Source of the DNA: Tubulanus polymorphus
Taxonomy: Eukaryota; Animalia; Nemertea
Direction of reading: 5' to 3'
Length of the DNA: 64,000 nt
Assembly: GCF_964204645.1 (NCBI RefSeq)
Contig: NC_134029.1
Location: 10,256,850 to 10,320,849 of the forward strand
Shown here one piece after another: positions 26,011 through 40,440 of the stretch (positions are counted from its first letter, which is position 1; every line of letters starts with the position of its first letter). Position numbers and translations under genes: made by a program. The notes below the pieces were generated by a model. That model was not told the DNA's origin, did not search any database, and was given only the letters and a program-made list of their open reading frames with translations.

Positions 26011-29000
26011 CTTTTTACAAACGATGTATAATTGCGACTGTTATCGCAATTATACATATTTAATTGATTATTTTATTGATCAAGCTAAACACAATCATGA
26101 TAGAATAACCAAACAATTATACCTATCATAAAAATGTTAGTATAATTATGACGAAATGAAAATAATTAGATATAGTTATTGTAAAATAATTTAACAATAA
26201 TTAAATGTGATTGGTATTCAATCTAGTTATGATTAGGTGATTAAATTAATTAATCAACAAAATAGTGATCAATAAAGAATTTGAATGTAGTTAATAAACC
26301 AATAAGAATAAATGTATAATTCATGTTTATTAAGAACAATATAAAATGACATTCATGTGGCAGATAACACATGATGATAGGTGTATACCCAACCAAAACT
26401 ATTGCTCATGAAATGCAAACCTCTCTATCAATCTTCCGTAGCACAGGTGATTCGGCGTAGGTTTTGGTTACTGTGTCAGTGGACTCGAATGCCACGCGTC
26501 TTTGTCGATTTCAGAGAAGCGGAAAACGCTTTTTGTCCAAAAAGCGCCACCAAGGCATTTTTTCATGTCAATCGACCAGATTTAAAGGAATGATCTTTTT
26601 TCGAAATACTCATTCGGCTGACTGAACTCACTGTACTATTGACATCATAGCTTTGATCGGGTGATCTGGATTAGCCGAGCCCACATTGATGGCCCAGTCA
26701 TACTTATCCAGTCGCTCAAACAAGGACAATTTATAACAATTTACATAGCTTCTCGTGTACGATTATAATCCTGTCATGGCATACCATTATCTCGTATTGG
26801 TAAAGACAGATACTAGATGGAAGAACTGACAATTACCAAATGTTATGACACCATAACAAATGTGCGATATTAATGTGAATGCGAGAAAGGCATGGCATTC
26901 ATATCCTAAAGATTATTGCACTTATCGCAATGCTTATCTTTTCTTAGAATTCTGCGCTGAAGCCGATATCGATGGGTTAACTAGATAACTACATCTAAAG
27001 AAACCTAAGGCTAACACGGAAGCTTGTTGAGAGAATTGTCCAGGCAGCATTCTTGGTTCGAGGTTGACTGATAAGTCAGTCACAAATTAACACGTCAATG
27101 GACCTAACATTTGTACAATACTTCATAATAATTAGATCAATCTAATTATTATGTCGAAAACCCTAATTCTGTTGATTATTACTATTATTATATATTTTCC
27201 GCCGATTTCGTCAAATAAAATTCATCTTCATTCAGATTCGGCAACTGACAGCTTCGAAACGAAATGTATAAATTGATACTGTAATAACGGTCTCTCTGAA
27301 CCAACAGATTGTCTGAATGTACTTTCCATCCTATTTGAAACTTAAAATTACTTATTAGGTTACTGTAAATAAAGAATTGAATTGTTAGACAACAAGCACC
27401 GGCGAAATAACAGTTTGTGACGTCATTTAGTAAGTAAATAAAGGAGGGCTCCGAGAATTTCCAAATCACGGGGGACTATACTGAGGTTAGACCATTCAAC
27501 CAAAAAGAGGATTGCTCCGATAATATCCAAATCATCTCATTTTATTTTTTCCATCGAATACCCGGTAATTAATTTTTCCTTTCGATCACATGCATCCAGA
27601 AAACTCGTTATCGCTGCTTTGCAGCTATATTTTCTAACTATTATCACTATTTTTATTATCTCTATTCAATTCTCTGTACTTGCACGTCTGTGCACTCTAA
27701 GCACCGAGGTGCAGCGTCCCGTACAACCCATGGCTCCCACTGTTACCTTCATTTAATTTCACTACATTTTTCTTTGCCGTCGACATTCATGTAAATATCA
27801 GTAAAATTAAATATAATTTATCATTATTATTTTACTATACAAGTAGAGCACATTTAGTTTATTGTGTAATCTCGTGAAAGGGTCGACGGACACCACTTCG
27901 CCCTACATTTTGAATTCAAAATGTAATCTTAAACAAGCGTCCACGATATGCAGACGTACACCGTGAGCCAGAGACCCGCAATAATTAGCAAATCGGGTAT
28001 CATTAGTATAATAGATTCGACTGCTGCAATACTTGTACGTAGAATCATTAGCATGGTTGAAGCAACACATAACGCGATGTCAAACGTAATTAACAGGTCG
28101 TCTGTAAGTAACAGTTCGGATTTGTCGCCAAGCTATGTACTGACGTCAAATCCAGATATCGTTACTCAGCGTGATGTCTTCAGGTAATGCCTGTTAAGTG
28201 AGCTCCATCTCACTGGTAATACCTGTTATCAGATCAGACAGTCAGTTAATTGAACCAATCGGTTGAGAATATATTATTATATCCCCGACGAGGGTTGTTG
28301 GACTTTTGAAAATTTTGATATTGAATAAGTACCGTGCGAGATCAATGAGTTTTTTTTATCCGTGAGTTTACAGCTTTGTGCGAGCACGAACATAATCTTC
28401 GTATCAATACGGACCGGTTGCTCAACGGATTGTTCTCTTAACCATCGGGTTAAATCGATAAAATCAACGGTTAAACTCCCGGTCGGGGGTTAAATTTGGT
28501 TGCTGGAAAATTGGTCAAAGTTAAACGGCCTATCGGGCAATGTTAAGAACTCATCCACCATTTATCTTAAGAGCCGACCCCTGAAAATAGTACCTGGGGA
28601 CATTTGGAAATATGTCTGTTATAACCATGGTTTCTCATTGTAACTTTGGTGGTTGTCACCGAGATTGAGGATTTACCCCTAGGGATAACTTTGATACTTG
28701 GTCTATGAAACCGAACCAAAGTTTCTGAGTCAGTGATGCGCCTTTTTGCGATTTACCATTTGGGTGCTAAGGGGTTAAATTTGTAAAGAACCCAAATTTT
28801 CAAATAAGAGATAGAAAAGGTGTTGTAGTTGCGATCAGTAGCCCGTAACAACACGTTTGTAAACGGTTGCTCAAAGCTTGGTTAAACCGGCCCCTGGTGG
28901 GTTGTCTACAAAATTGTGTATTTTCAACGTTTTAAAAATCTAACTTGTTTGTAATGACGTTTTATTTGACTAGGTAACTCTTCTGGTTCTCCACTAGAGC

Positions 29001-29339
29001 CACCTAAAAAGCTTTGAAAACTCAACCAGTGGTACGTACTTAATATGAAAACGCTAAATATGTGTCAACCAGCATTATTAGCTCATGATTGCCACCATGG
29101 GATTGTAAAGCGAGACACTGTATGGTCATTATTCTTAAAGCTGTTTTCAACTTGGAACATCAGTACTTGTACTCAATGGCTCATAATGATCTACATATTT
29201 AGTCTACATATTTAGTACTGTGTTGACCCTAGGTGACGCCCATGAAATTCGACACAGAATTAAGATAGTGTATTCGTTCGATAGTTCAACAACGATATCA
29301 ATTTTACAATATTGTTACATCCCCAAAGAACCAGTTCGT

Positions 29340-29530
29340 ATGAACCAGAATAGAAATTTCCAATTATGTACTTCGAGTTAAATAGAAAAAATTCTGTAAA
29401 TTCGTCAGCCGATCACGCAACAGAATTGCTATATCATTCTGTACTTCGATTTCTGATTTCAGAATCAAACCCCCTGTTTCGATCCCGGTAGGTGTGACGG
29501 ATTTTTGAGGGACACCAAATAAAAACTAGG
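29340..29530. repeat. ~190-bp interspersed repeat; inverted copy at ~46170-46350
   Basis: ccaattatgtacttcga...aattctgtaaatt...aatcaaaccccctgtttcg is the reverse complement of cgaaacagggggtttgatt...aatttacagaatt...tcgaagtacataattgg. Confidence 0.8.
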
Positions 29531-29579
29531 GGTCCACTATGCCCACTTGAGAATTGGTTTCAAATGCTCAACAAACTAA

Positions 29580-29925
29580 CAATTTCAATATTCAATAAAT
29601 ATCGTGACCATATACGAAAAACGATAACCTTGATACTCACCGCAATCATGGAACATTTAAGCAGCTACAATCTTGTAATGGATAGTGATAACAAAATATG
29701 CCTAGGTACCAATATAATATGGAAATACATATGGAAAAGTTATTCTACGATTCAATGCCCCTGGTGACCATATGCAAAACCCCTTGAAACTTACCACAAT
29801 CATAGAACATGTCATGAGCTACGACTTTGCAATCGATCGTGGTAATAAAATACGACCAGGTACCAATATAATAAGGATATACTAAGTTATTGTATTATTC
29901 AACGCCCCATGGTGGCCATAAACAT
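29580..29925. repeat. Diverged ~160-bp tandem duplication
   Basis: caatcat(g/a)gaacat...ggtaccaatataata...ttcaa(t/c)gcccc..ggt..ccata occurs twice. Confidence 0.65.
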
Positions 29926-30595
29926 GGCCGCCAATTGCGTGATAATTGGCTGATCAAAAATACCTGTCTCAGGTATCAAATATCCTTTTCCAAAGAATAC
30001 CAATCATAAATTGCGATGAAAAATGGCAAACCAGTCGGAAGCTATAGGACTCAGAATTCCGGCCAAAATTGACATTTTTGGGCACAGAAATAGGTCATAG
30101 GACGGTCATCTTTAGTCCGATAGATCCAATCTTTCTTATGCTGATGGGCCCTTGGTGGATTTAAATATGTACGAAAGATGAAGGTGGTCAAAGCTTCTTC
30201 AAAATTTCCCAAGACAACTTCCAAAAACTTCAAAAATGTGGATTTCAGGATTACATCCGTTCGAACACCGACAACTCACTTAACGATTATTCCCGTCATT
30301 TTGACTATGCGTAGCATGGCTGTACAGGAAGCCCATAGCCACTGCTTTGAAGTTGTTATTCTAAACCATTTGGGCATCATCTCCGGTTACGTTATCCTAA
30401 TCGGTGGTGCTGATACATTGTTAGCGCTATTAAGATCGACTTGGATGTGCATAGTCAACACCTAGAAGCAGTTACCATCACATGCATTTGCTTTTACTGT
30501 CACTATGATGCACCATTTCACTTAAACATAGTTAGGCAGCGAAAGCGAATGCACGAAAAGGTTATACTCGATAAGCAATCATCAACCACGAATGC

Positions 30596-30823
30596 GTCGG
30601 TCTGTCGGTCTGTCGGTCGGTCGGTCGGTCGGTCGGTCGGTCGGTCGGTCGGTCGGTCGGTCGGTCGGTCGGTCGGTCGGTCGGTCGGTCGGTCGGTCGG
30701 TCGGTCGGTCGGTCGGTCGGTCGGTCGGTCGGTCGGTCGGTCGGTCGGTCGGTCGGTCGGTCGGTCGGTCGGTCGGTCGGTCGGTCGGTCGGTCGGTCGG
30801 TCGGTCGGTCGGTCGGTCGGTCG
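30596..30823. repeat. (GGTC)n tetranucleotide array, possibly the core of a Helentron-associated (DINE-1/HINE-like) element
   Basis: Perfect array visible, starting with GTCT variants. The HINE assignment is inference from the GTCY-type microsatellite. Confidence 0.9.
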
Positions 30824-33367
30824 TAATATGTAATCGTACGAGATAATACTCGCGAGAAATCTGGTTTTTGGTGTATTAGCTTGTTTAGTACATGTACCAC
30901 TGCTTGCTGTAACTTTGGCTTCATTTGATCCTTACGTGTCAGGTAAGTATTTGCACGCCGGGATGATTGAAGGCCGACCTGCATCAGCGGATTAATTCAT
31001 CTTGTTTGCTAACCTCACCTTGATGTACTGAATGAAAACGATTCTAAGAGAGTTTCTTGAATTTTGCGAGGAAATGGACTAATTGTTACAAAAAAGTGCC
31101 ACGCGCAAGATGATGAAATAATCGCAAAAGAGAGCGGCATGAGTATAATCTATTAACCATGGTGGTATTTGCTGCAGACCATCTAACCACAATGATCATA
31201 TAACAACTGATTTAGGTGCTATACCTTTTGAGAAAAAGGACTTAGAAACCCGATTAAAGGCAATTTTATGTTTCGTTTCGTAAGGCATACGTTACTTGCC
31301 TTATCGCACCTCACTCCATTCTACTTTGTGTATGCTATTTGCGATGACCTAAAAAAATCAACTACAGCTACAAACTAGATTTATTTAGATTTTTTATAAG
31401 CATCATTGTTCTTCAAATCGTAAGTTAAATTCTAATTACAGGCGCAAATCCCTAACACGTATACTCTATCGCATCTGATTTTAATAATTTTGATAATGAA
31501 TAGAATCCTTTCAAGTCTTCCACGTTATGAAGCAGTGGTTCACTTCCATCTAGCACCGGACGCTCGTTCATAGAAGTGTTTAAAAGATCGCCGCTTGGGA
31601 CATTACACTGACTATATTGTGCATGTGTTGGAGGTTCATTGGGTATTCATCCCTAAATGCAGAGTGCAAGTGGCTCGAAAGTTGGTATGAATCAACTAGC
31701 GGATATAAGCATAGTGACGAAAATTAAAATAATATTCTAACAGTCGCGTACCATGTTTTGCTCACTCAATAGCTAACTCAGCTAACTCAATCCATCGCCT
31801 AAGCTACTGACTCCGATGACTGACTAGATGCTATACAGTTTTTAACCAGCTATTCTGTTTTTAACCTGACAAGAGTGGCTTATCATAAGATAATTCGATT
31901 ACAAGTACAGCATAGTATGCAATGAGCTAATTTTGTTGACAACCCTAATAGTCAGTCTGATTCATCTTCGTCTGGCCTGATTCATCTTATTTTCAAAAAG
32001 GCGGACGTTTCGAGTGACGCGGCTGTTTCTACTCATTCACTTAGAGGATTATACATTTTTCAATTTCATTGGCTCGATCTGCTCAATTTTGAGGTACATT
32101 CGATACATTCCAGTAGATCGAGGAAATTTTATCTTCGCCATGCGATGTGAACCTATTTGTATTTTGATGCACTGATCGTCAAGTCTTGAATGGTTCGGCG
32201 CATTTGTCCCGTGGCTCCGTATCCCTCATGGAAAAATCCGTTACTGTTAGAAATCAAGAAATTCTGCGATTCCGCGTAGTGACAACATCGATCATACGTA
32301 TTACAAAATCGTAGCACGTTGAACTTCCTCAACACTAATTGGGCTATCTCGTAGTCTGATCGATAATAACATCACGATCACCAAGGTTATTTACGAAAAA
32401 ATTATCATCGAAATGATAAAAAAAGTCTGTGTCAATATCGGGGGTAGATTACATTCGGGTGTGGATCCTTAAGATTTTGCCCACAGATGTCTATGGTTGT
32501 TGATGTCTAATGAATCAAAAAACTCCTGAATGTTTTTATAATCAAAATTGTCGGTAACTTTACTTCTAATCGTCATATAATTTATAATTCATTCGAGTTT
32601 TTCTCACAAGCATACGATTTATCTGATGCACCAGGCCTGCACAGACGGTAGCACCGTAGGCCTGTGATACCGTCGCGGAAATTTCGTGCCTTTTTTTCAT
32701 TTTTTTGCATTCCAAAATGAAAAGGGTGTACGTGTAGTCGTCCTCAAAGTAGATAACGGCACATTTTTATAAGACGAGGCAGATAATTCTAAACACAATT
32801 TTAGGCACATTCCGTCGTCCATCCATTCCGTAAAATACAAGACAGCGCACTTTTAGTCGTCTCTATCAACTCCAACAGTAGAAAATGGCATATTTACAAG
32901 ATGTTGGAGAAAAGAGCACATTCAGTCGTCCGTCAATTCCGATCAAAAAAAGAAAGGACACTTTTAGTCGTTTCTATCAGTATAGCATAACCTCATTCTT
33001 AAAATATAACCTCTTTAGTCAAGGAATAAAAAAGAACTATCTATTTTCCACAAAATATCTCTCCAGTGCGCTCTTCCGTAAATACACCTACGTGCATAGC
33101 GATATTCGTTTACTTTCCGGTTCATGCCTGTCTCGTCAATTGTTGTCTGGTTTTGGCCGGAAATGATTGCTGATACGATCAAGTTTCGGAAAACTATAAT
33201 ATATGTCGAGGTCATGAAAATGTATTATCCGTACAAACGATATAGTATGATTAGTATGATTGGGTCCGGTTAAACCTTCAGGCAGACTGCATATAGAAGG
33301 ACGGTATGCAGGAGGCGTTAATCCGCTTACTGGCAGTCCAAATATGTTCCATTTAAAGGGAAAGCGT

Positions 33368-36300
33368 TTATAACGCGTATAGTTTGCAATTCTTGTTTAA
33401 CAGGTAATTTATAACCGAATTCAATACAAATATTTGGTCCGTTGTACTATAAGTTGGCCTAAAGCCGGCTTGCGCCTCCGATAGAACAGAGTATGCCTCA
33501 CACCATGAAGTTAATCTAGTATTCAAAATTATTGAGAAGAGTTTGCCAAATACCGACAAGATGGTTATGCCCCTGTAATTATTTGCTGAATTGTTTGAAC
33601 CACCCTTGTGTAGTGGAACAATATAGCCAGTGCTCCATGATTCGGGATAGCGTCCACTATCTAATATAATATTAAAAAGAATAGTAAGTTGAGTAACAAT
33701 TGGGTTGCCACCAGCGATAAATACCTCGCCTTTTATACCATCTGTTCCTGCAGATTTATTTCTTTTTAGCATTTTAAATGCTCTATTAACCTCCTCCAAT
33801 GTGATTTGCTGATCAAGTATGTGATCAGATACGTCGATATCAACATCCAGTGAAGGGCGATCTTCATACGAGATACTTTTAAAATGCTCATATAAGTCAT
33901 CAATGCTTAGTTGAGTATCAACGTATTCATTGGGCCCTTTAAATTTGGACCATAGATCTCTGTGGTTATTTGAATCTAGCGCTTTCAGCAGGTCATCCAG
34001 CATACGTTCATCATACAATGCTTTAGCACTATTTATAGTGGACTTGTATTTATCCCGTGCTTCTTTGACCAGAAATCGGTTTAATTCATTCGGGTATAAT
34101 CTGTGTCGGTGCACTGGCCGGCTGAACACGTTTCGTGCTTTTCTGCACGAGCCGTCATACCATGATATAGGCCTATTGTTATTCATGTTCCTCGAATTTT
34201 GAAATGAACCATGAACCATGACCGCAGTCCGGAAGAATTTAGAAAAATCGTTAACCAATTCGTTAATTGAAAACTTATTATGTTCTCTATTAATTGCATT
34301 GTTTATAATATCGTTGAGGTAAGATTGGGTATCGTCTGAATGCATATACTGAGCAAATTCAACTTCCCTTTCTTTACGCCATTTGAATTTGTGACAAGTA
34401 GTTTTGTTATGGGACGTAAAATTTGTATTTGCGGTATTATCGTGTTATTCAATCCTAGCCTGCAAACTAAAAGAAATTATCGCGTGGTCAGAGAAAGGTA
34501 ATTCGTCAGACACGTGGAAGTCAGACAGTATATCAATCATGTTAAAATCGGCTAATACATAATCGACCACACTTTTGCCACCTGGTTGATGACACGTAAA
34601 CTTTCCAACCGATTTATCCTGAAATGCCCTACCGTTTAATATTAACAAATTACAACCTATGCACATGTTTATCATATTCATGCCTCTAATATCTGGTCTA
34701 ACAGTATCATCTTGAGAGATGATCTAGTTGTGTCAATATCATGGTCTTCAAGTAATTTTCGTACCCCATGTTCGAACTCAAGGAATTGCATATTAATAGC
34801 ATCAGGATCGGGAGGGAGACCCGAGTATACATTGGTACGTGCATTTATGTCACCAGCCACCAATACATTGCCACCAAGTTGATGAGCAAGTATCTGACAA
34901 CTCAGATCATGAAAGAAGTCATCCGTGCTACGATTATCACAAGCTACATACACTAAACAGATAAACATATCTCTTTCAAAATTAAAGAATTCTTTTGATA
35001 ATTTCACCCATAAAATATCAGGATGGTTATTTTCTAATAATTCAATACCCTGCCGTAATTCGGATTTAAAAAGTAGCAACAATCCGCCAGAATTTCGACG
35101 CGCGCGAGGGTTTTTCATTCTCGTACTTTGAAAAAACGTATATCCACTGGGTACTGAAAATACGGTGTCTTTAGAGTTCCAGGTTTCCTCGAATGCGATT
35201 ATATCATTCACGTCTAATAAAGCCTGGATTTCCGGAAGGTCCAGTTAACATGTCCGTGTACCAGCTTTCCGACTGAATAATCCTTTAATATTTAAGAAAC
35301 AGAGTTTCAATCGTTCCGCATTATTATTATTTCCGACGCTTTCCTTTTCCATATCGAGGGTTGCACGTGCCTCGCGCAAGGCATCACTCACGTCACCGAC
35401 ATCGCTATTGTGCCTCTGTTCGCGATCGATAACAATCTGGCTGTCCAGCCCGTTCTTAAGTCTGGATGGGGGTGTCGTTGAATCTTTTTCATTGAATTGG
35501 AACAAGCGGTTGTTCAGGTAAAGTTTGTCTCCAATGAAATGAAATTCATCACCTCTGGTAATTGCCTCCTCCACAACGTTGTTGCACACTTGTCTACGTT
35601 CTCGGATTTCTTTAGGGACTTGTTGGGCGATTCTGACACCACGAGATTTCAGAAGTGCGGATTTTCCACGAATTTCTTCCCTATCATGGTAAAAGTGGAA
35701 CTTAACGACAATCGGTCGCGCAGTTCCAGCACTATATTTTCGGTTCCTGAACTTCGCTGAAAAAGCTGAAACACTGAAAAGCTGAAACGCTGAAATAAAA
35801 ACGCTGAAATTTCAGGGAATTTCCGAAAAACGCCGAAATTTCAGGGAATTCCCGAAAAACGCTGAAATCGTGCTAGGTACCGACAATACACGTTTTGAAA
35901 TGTTTTCCGGGCCGGTGTCCGCTGACGAGTCCTGAACCGTGTTTTATGCTCTACCTTCGGTTACAGAGACATGCCTTAAGGTCGTCGTCATGACCGACTT
36001 GATCGATTGCGGATTGCGTGGATTGTTAGATGTGTTTTTTGCCATAGTTTTATGTGCATATACCGGTACGATCTAATAATGAAGTTATCACTTCATTTGA
36101 ATAAATTCTTAATCACAGTAATATTAATTCACAATATTTTTTCTTATGTTTGGTGATTTCTTGCAACTTATCATTGCCAAGTCTCATACAAGTAGTAGCT
36201 GAATGAAAGTACAGTTAGGCTGAACCTGATAACCCAAATTAAGTGCTAGCATGGAACTAATGATTATTTTGATTCTATTTTCGGTGTCATTGAAATTCGT

Positions 36301-38800
36301 TAATAAAGGTTTTAACCGTCATAGTATACTGTACTTAGCATTGCTACAATTGGGTGCCATATTTCTACAATTTCTACAAGGAGGAAGGAATCTTTAAGTG
36401 TCTTTGTTCCCGGGTAGGGTACGGGGTAAAACCTGGTTTACTTTCTCTTTCGACTTGCCGGAGACTACTATCTGCAATGTATTGCATGCTTTGATGTATC
36501 TGGCCTATAGGAGTCGAACGATATTTTTTTCCCATACACAGGCATGGCTTTAGTGTAGATGAAGGCTAGGCACTGCACATTGTGGATTGACTGGAACTCT
36601 TAACTCACAAAATTAAACGAGTCAACAAGAAAGATCCAATAATTGGACATTTGTCTAACTATATTATTTAACAGCTTGAAATAACACATTCTGCAAGAGT
36701 ATACAAAGGAAATCAGTTCTTACATTATATCAGAATCAATAGTTCGCTTAACTCTGGCTAGAATTCTGGTTCCATTGCTTCATATTCTAATGAAATCCAC
36801 TAGTATACCTTAGAATATCGCTTAGCTTAAGACTAAAAATTTGGTACCAGGAAACAGGGAAGAAAAGTGGGTGTACTGTACATCCGCAATTGACTTATTT
36901 CTCTCTGGTTGAATCAAGTTATTATTGAAATAGCATTCGAATAGCCATTTTATTTTTAAAAATTGTGTCGTTCAGCTATCCTGCTGCAAATTTCGCAGTT
37001 GAAGTTTACTGGTGCCATCTGATTTCTCAGTATCTCAAAAAATTTGCACATTCTAAGCCTGAATCTAAAAATAGAAAAAGGTGCATTTTAGTTGGATATA
37101 AAAGAATAGTGGCTAATACACCCTGGACTATATAGCCTATGGGGTGGGCCTAGTTTGAAAGCACTGAGGTCTGAGAGAACAGCACTTAGTAAATAAATAC
37201 TGAAATTAAACTTACAAAACACCCAGTACTTGAGATGATGTACTTGACAAGAAGTGTCACCAGCTAAGCATATCAACTTTGTCTATGACTCCTCCTTTTA
37301 TAGATTCAGTAGTAGTCTAAAAATAAGAATCGGTACATTTTTCTAACAGTCGGTATGTCATTTCTTCAAAAAAACTAATTATTATCACGCCACAGCAAAT
37401 AAATTATTCACAGTTGTTGAATGGTTAGCCCGATTTAGATTAATTGGTTGACGCTAATCAGTATGACCCATACGTAGGGGCCTACTGCATGCCATTGGCG
37501 TCAATCCATTCCATTCCATTCCACAGTGAATTAAAAAGAAATTTAGTTAGATCCCTTTTGTCCAAAAGCTGCATCATTTATATAACTAGCTGTCAAATTT
37601 AATTTACCTCCTTCAGAGAATACCATAGTGACATAGTCCGTCGCCCATCAACGTGTTGACAAAAGAAAAGTTGCTCCATGTTTTATACATGAACGTTCAA
37701 ATAAGATATTTTGCGTCTTGCAGGGAATATTGAGCATAGTGTTTAAGTTGGCTTGCACGGTTTGTGAATGGGTTTTCCTCATTATGCTGCCTGTATGCAT
37801 TAAAAATCCGGATTTCAAGCGAATTAATTTGTCCAACAAGTGGCCCTCTAGAAGTATACTCCACACATACTGTCCATGCGTGTCTCTGTAACCGAAGGTA
37901 GAGACTAAAACACGGTTCAGGACTCGGCAGCGGACACCGGCCCGGAAAATATTTCAAAACGTGTATTGTTGGTACCTAGCACGATTTCAGCGTTTTTCGG
38001 GAATTCCCTGAAATTTCGGCGTTTTTCGGAAATTCCCTGAAATTTCAGCGTTTTTATTTCTGCGTTTCAGCGTTTCAGTGATTCAGCTTTTTCAGCGAAG
38101 TTCAGGAACCGCTATATTTTCCGACACGGTGTGCACGTACAGACTTTATTCTGTCACGCGCATCATTTATTCCAGCCTCCGACGTTAAAATGTTGTAGAT
38201 TCTATCTGCCACGATTTCATCTTTTTCCTCCTGCACGCCGAAAAAGAGGAGGTTATCCCTCATAGATCGTGATTGTAAGTCGAGCACGGTATTGCTCAAC
38301 TTCACGTTTTCCATGCGTAAACGGCCAACTTCGGCGGTCAATGTACCGATTTTTTCATTCGTAATTTTCAGTCGACAGTTTGTCATATTTTGTGCACAGA
38401 TTTTCCATTGCCTTTTCGATTGGCTCCAACCGATTTAATTTCGTTGACATGTCGCTCAACATAGCAACAATATCACCGAGACTCGCATTGCTGTCATTTC
38501 CGCTGTCTATATTAGGCTTATCACCGTGATCACTCGATTCGGATGAACAGTCACCTATGTCACCAGAACATTCTGGATTCTTGTTAGGGGTCTTTTTCTG
38601 ATCACGACGTTTTACCGCGGTAACATCAGATCCAGACTTATTGCGTTTCTTTTTACCATTTCCACCAACCATAGTGAACGTCCACAGTACCAATGATGCG
38701 ATATAACCAAAAAATCCACAAAAAAACTTACACCGGACCACCTTAAACCAACTTTTAAGCGGAGCTTCGGAAATGTGTTTGTGTCTACGCCGCCATTTTT
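33368..38800 (-). mobile_element. LINE (RTEX-like) with ORF1 and 3'-truncated ORF2 (APE endonuclease + partial RT), interrupted by a DNA transposon
   Basis: ORF1: coiled coil, SMRDNLLFFGV, RAHRVG..RPIVVKF. Endonuclease: LNIKGL, ETW, GDINART, SVVDY, SDH. RT: NNYRGITILSVFGKLF, QAGFR. Frameshifts present. Confidence 0.93.
35741..38111. mobile_element. Non-autonomous MULE/Foldback-like DNA transposon nested in LINE ORF1
   Basis: ~235-bp TIRs (35741-~35975 and ~37878-38111) with gctgaaa subrepeats. Exact 9-bp TSD ctatatttt at 35732-35740 and 38112-38120. Removing it restores ORF1 ...VGKYSAGTARPIVVKF... Confidence 0.9.
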
Positions 38801-38898
38801 AGTAGTTATACAGAGGGCACACCCGAGCAATTTTGAGTTCAGCAGGGACCACTCCAGATTGGAGGCTTTTGTTGAATATATGAGTAAGTGGATATTTA

Positions 38899-39127
38899 CC
38901 CAGCTAACAAAAAATGTTGTTTCTAAACATATCGTGATTTCTAAAATTTCTGAAATTGTTTCTAAAAGTTTTTCACTAACGTTTTAACGTTAATGTTGAA
39001 CGTTCGTGCAACGTTTGTATAATGTTTGTTATTAGAACGTTTTTGATAACGTTGACTGAACGTTACTTCACAACCTCTCTGCAACCATTGAGCTTGATAA
39101 AAACGTTCCAATATCGTTTGTATGACG
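38899..39127 (+). mobile_element. EnSpm/CMC-like transposon terminus with AACGTT subterminal repeats
   Basis: Begins cccagctaaca and has many aacgtt motifs; the other end was not identified. Confidence 0.45.
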
Positions 39128-40440
39128 TTACATTATAACCATGTTATAATGTAACATTATAATCACATCAATAATTCTTTTAACTATTTTCATAGAGATC
39201 CCGTCAATGCCAATACCTTTATTTCCAGAGAATTTATTTACCACTTCATCAATTTCTAGCGAGTTTGTTGGGAAGAAAAAGAAGTTTTCATTATTAGGAT
39301 GATTTAAATAAAAACTGAAATGTTTTTCAGACTCGGGGATCATATTTGCTAAACGATGTTCAATATTAACAAAAAAAGTATTAAATTCATTTGCAATGTT
39401 TAAACTACCACTGACAGTTACGTTGTTTAGCTTAAAGGAAGCTGGTAATTGTTCTTTGACGGAGTTACTTCCAATAACTGTTTTTAAGATTTTCCACGTA
39501 GCTTTCATATTATTCTTTACACCAAATAACTGAGTATCATAGTAGCCTTTTTCGACAGTTTTTAACAAACGTGATAATAATCGCTTAGATTCTAAATAAC
39601 GGGATTTAAAAGCAATATCTGAATTATAAAGTGTTTTCCTATATAAGTGATTTTTATATTTAATAGAGTTTAACAAGCCCGTAGTTAACCAGGGTTTAGA
39701 CTTATTGGTTTTTGCGTTCATGCGTTTGATAAATGGAAAACATGTATCATATAAATGAGTAAATTTAGAATAAAATACAGTATACGACCTTTGTGGGTCA
39801 TTTTCATTATAAATAGCCGACCAATCACACGCTATTAAACTCCTGTAGAATCTATCAATATTATGCTCACTAAAGTTTCTAGTTGAGTAAGTACAATTAT
39901 TGCAAACACGTTTACGATGATCACACATTGTGAAAATTGGAAAATGATCAGAAATATCTGTACATAATATGCCCGAGTTAAATACATTTTCAATATTATT
40001 ACAAAAAATATTGTCAATTAGACTGGATGAATTTTTAGTCACCCTGCTAAGTTTATCAATTAGTGGGTAAAAGGATGAAGCTATCAGATTATCTAGAAAT
40101 GATTCAGTAGGAGTATGTACTTCTGCTTGAAGTAAATCAATGTTAAAATCACCAATCAAATAACAATCTTTTCTTTGCCTATTTAAAATTAAGTTCAACT
40201 AAAAGAGTAGATATACTTAGCCCCGGAGGTCTGTATATAATACCAATAATCTTATTCTTTTGATTCTTACAAATAATTTCAATAAAGAGAGATTCAAATA
40301 CCTCATTCTTACCAGAAAGATCTGGGCGTATTATAGATTCGTAATCATCTTTGAAATAAAGGGCAACGCCAACCCTTTACATCATTCGAGCGGCTTTTGA
40401 AAATACTATTGTAGCCAGGTAGTTTATAAAGATTATTGTT
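39128..40440 (-). mobile_element. L2/Crack/CR1-group LINE fragment (APE endonuclease + linker)
   Basis: IYRPPG, YLIGDFNIDLL, SSLIDNIF, ISDHFPI, KPWLTTGL; 356-aa ORF truncated before the RT. Confidence 0.92.

Noticed and set aside
30441-30984. RSVG- and PTDR-repeat ORFs
   Set aside because: Artefacts of the stop-free (GGTC)n array.
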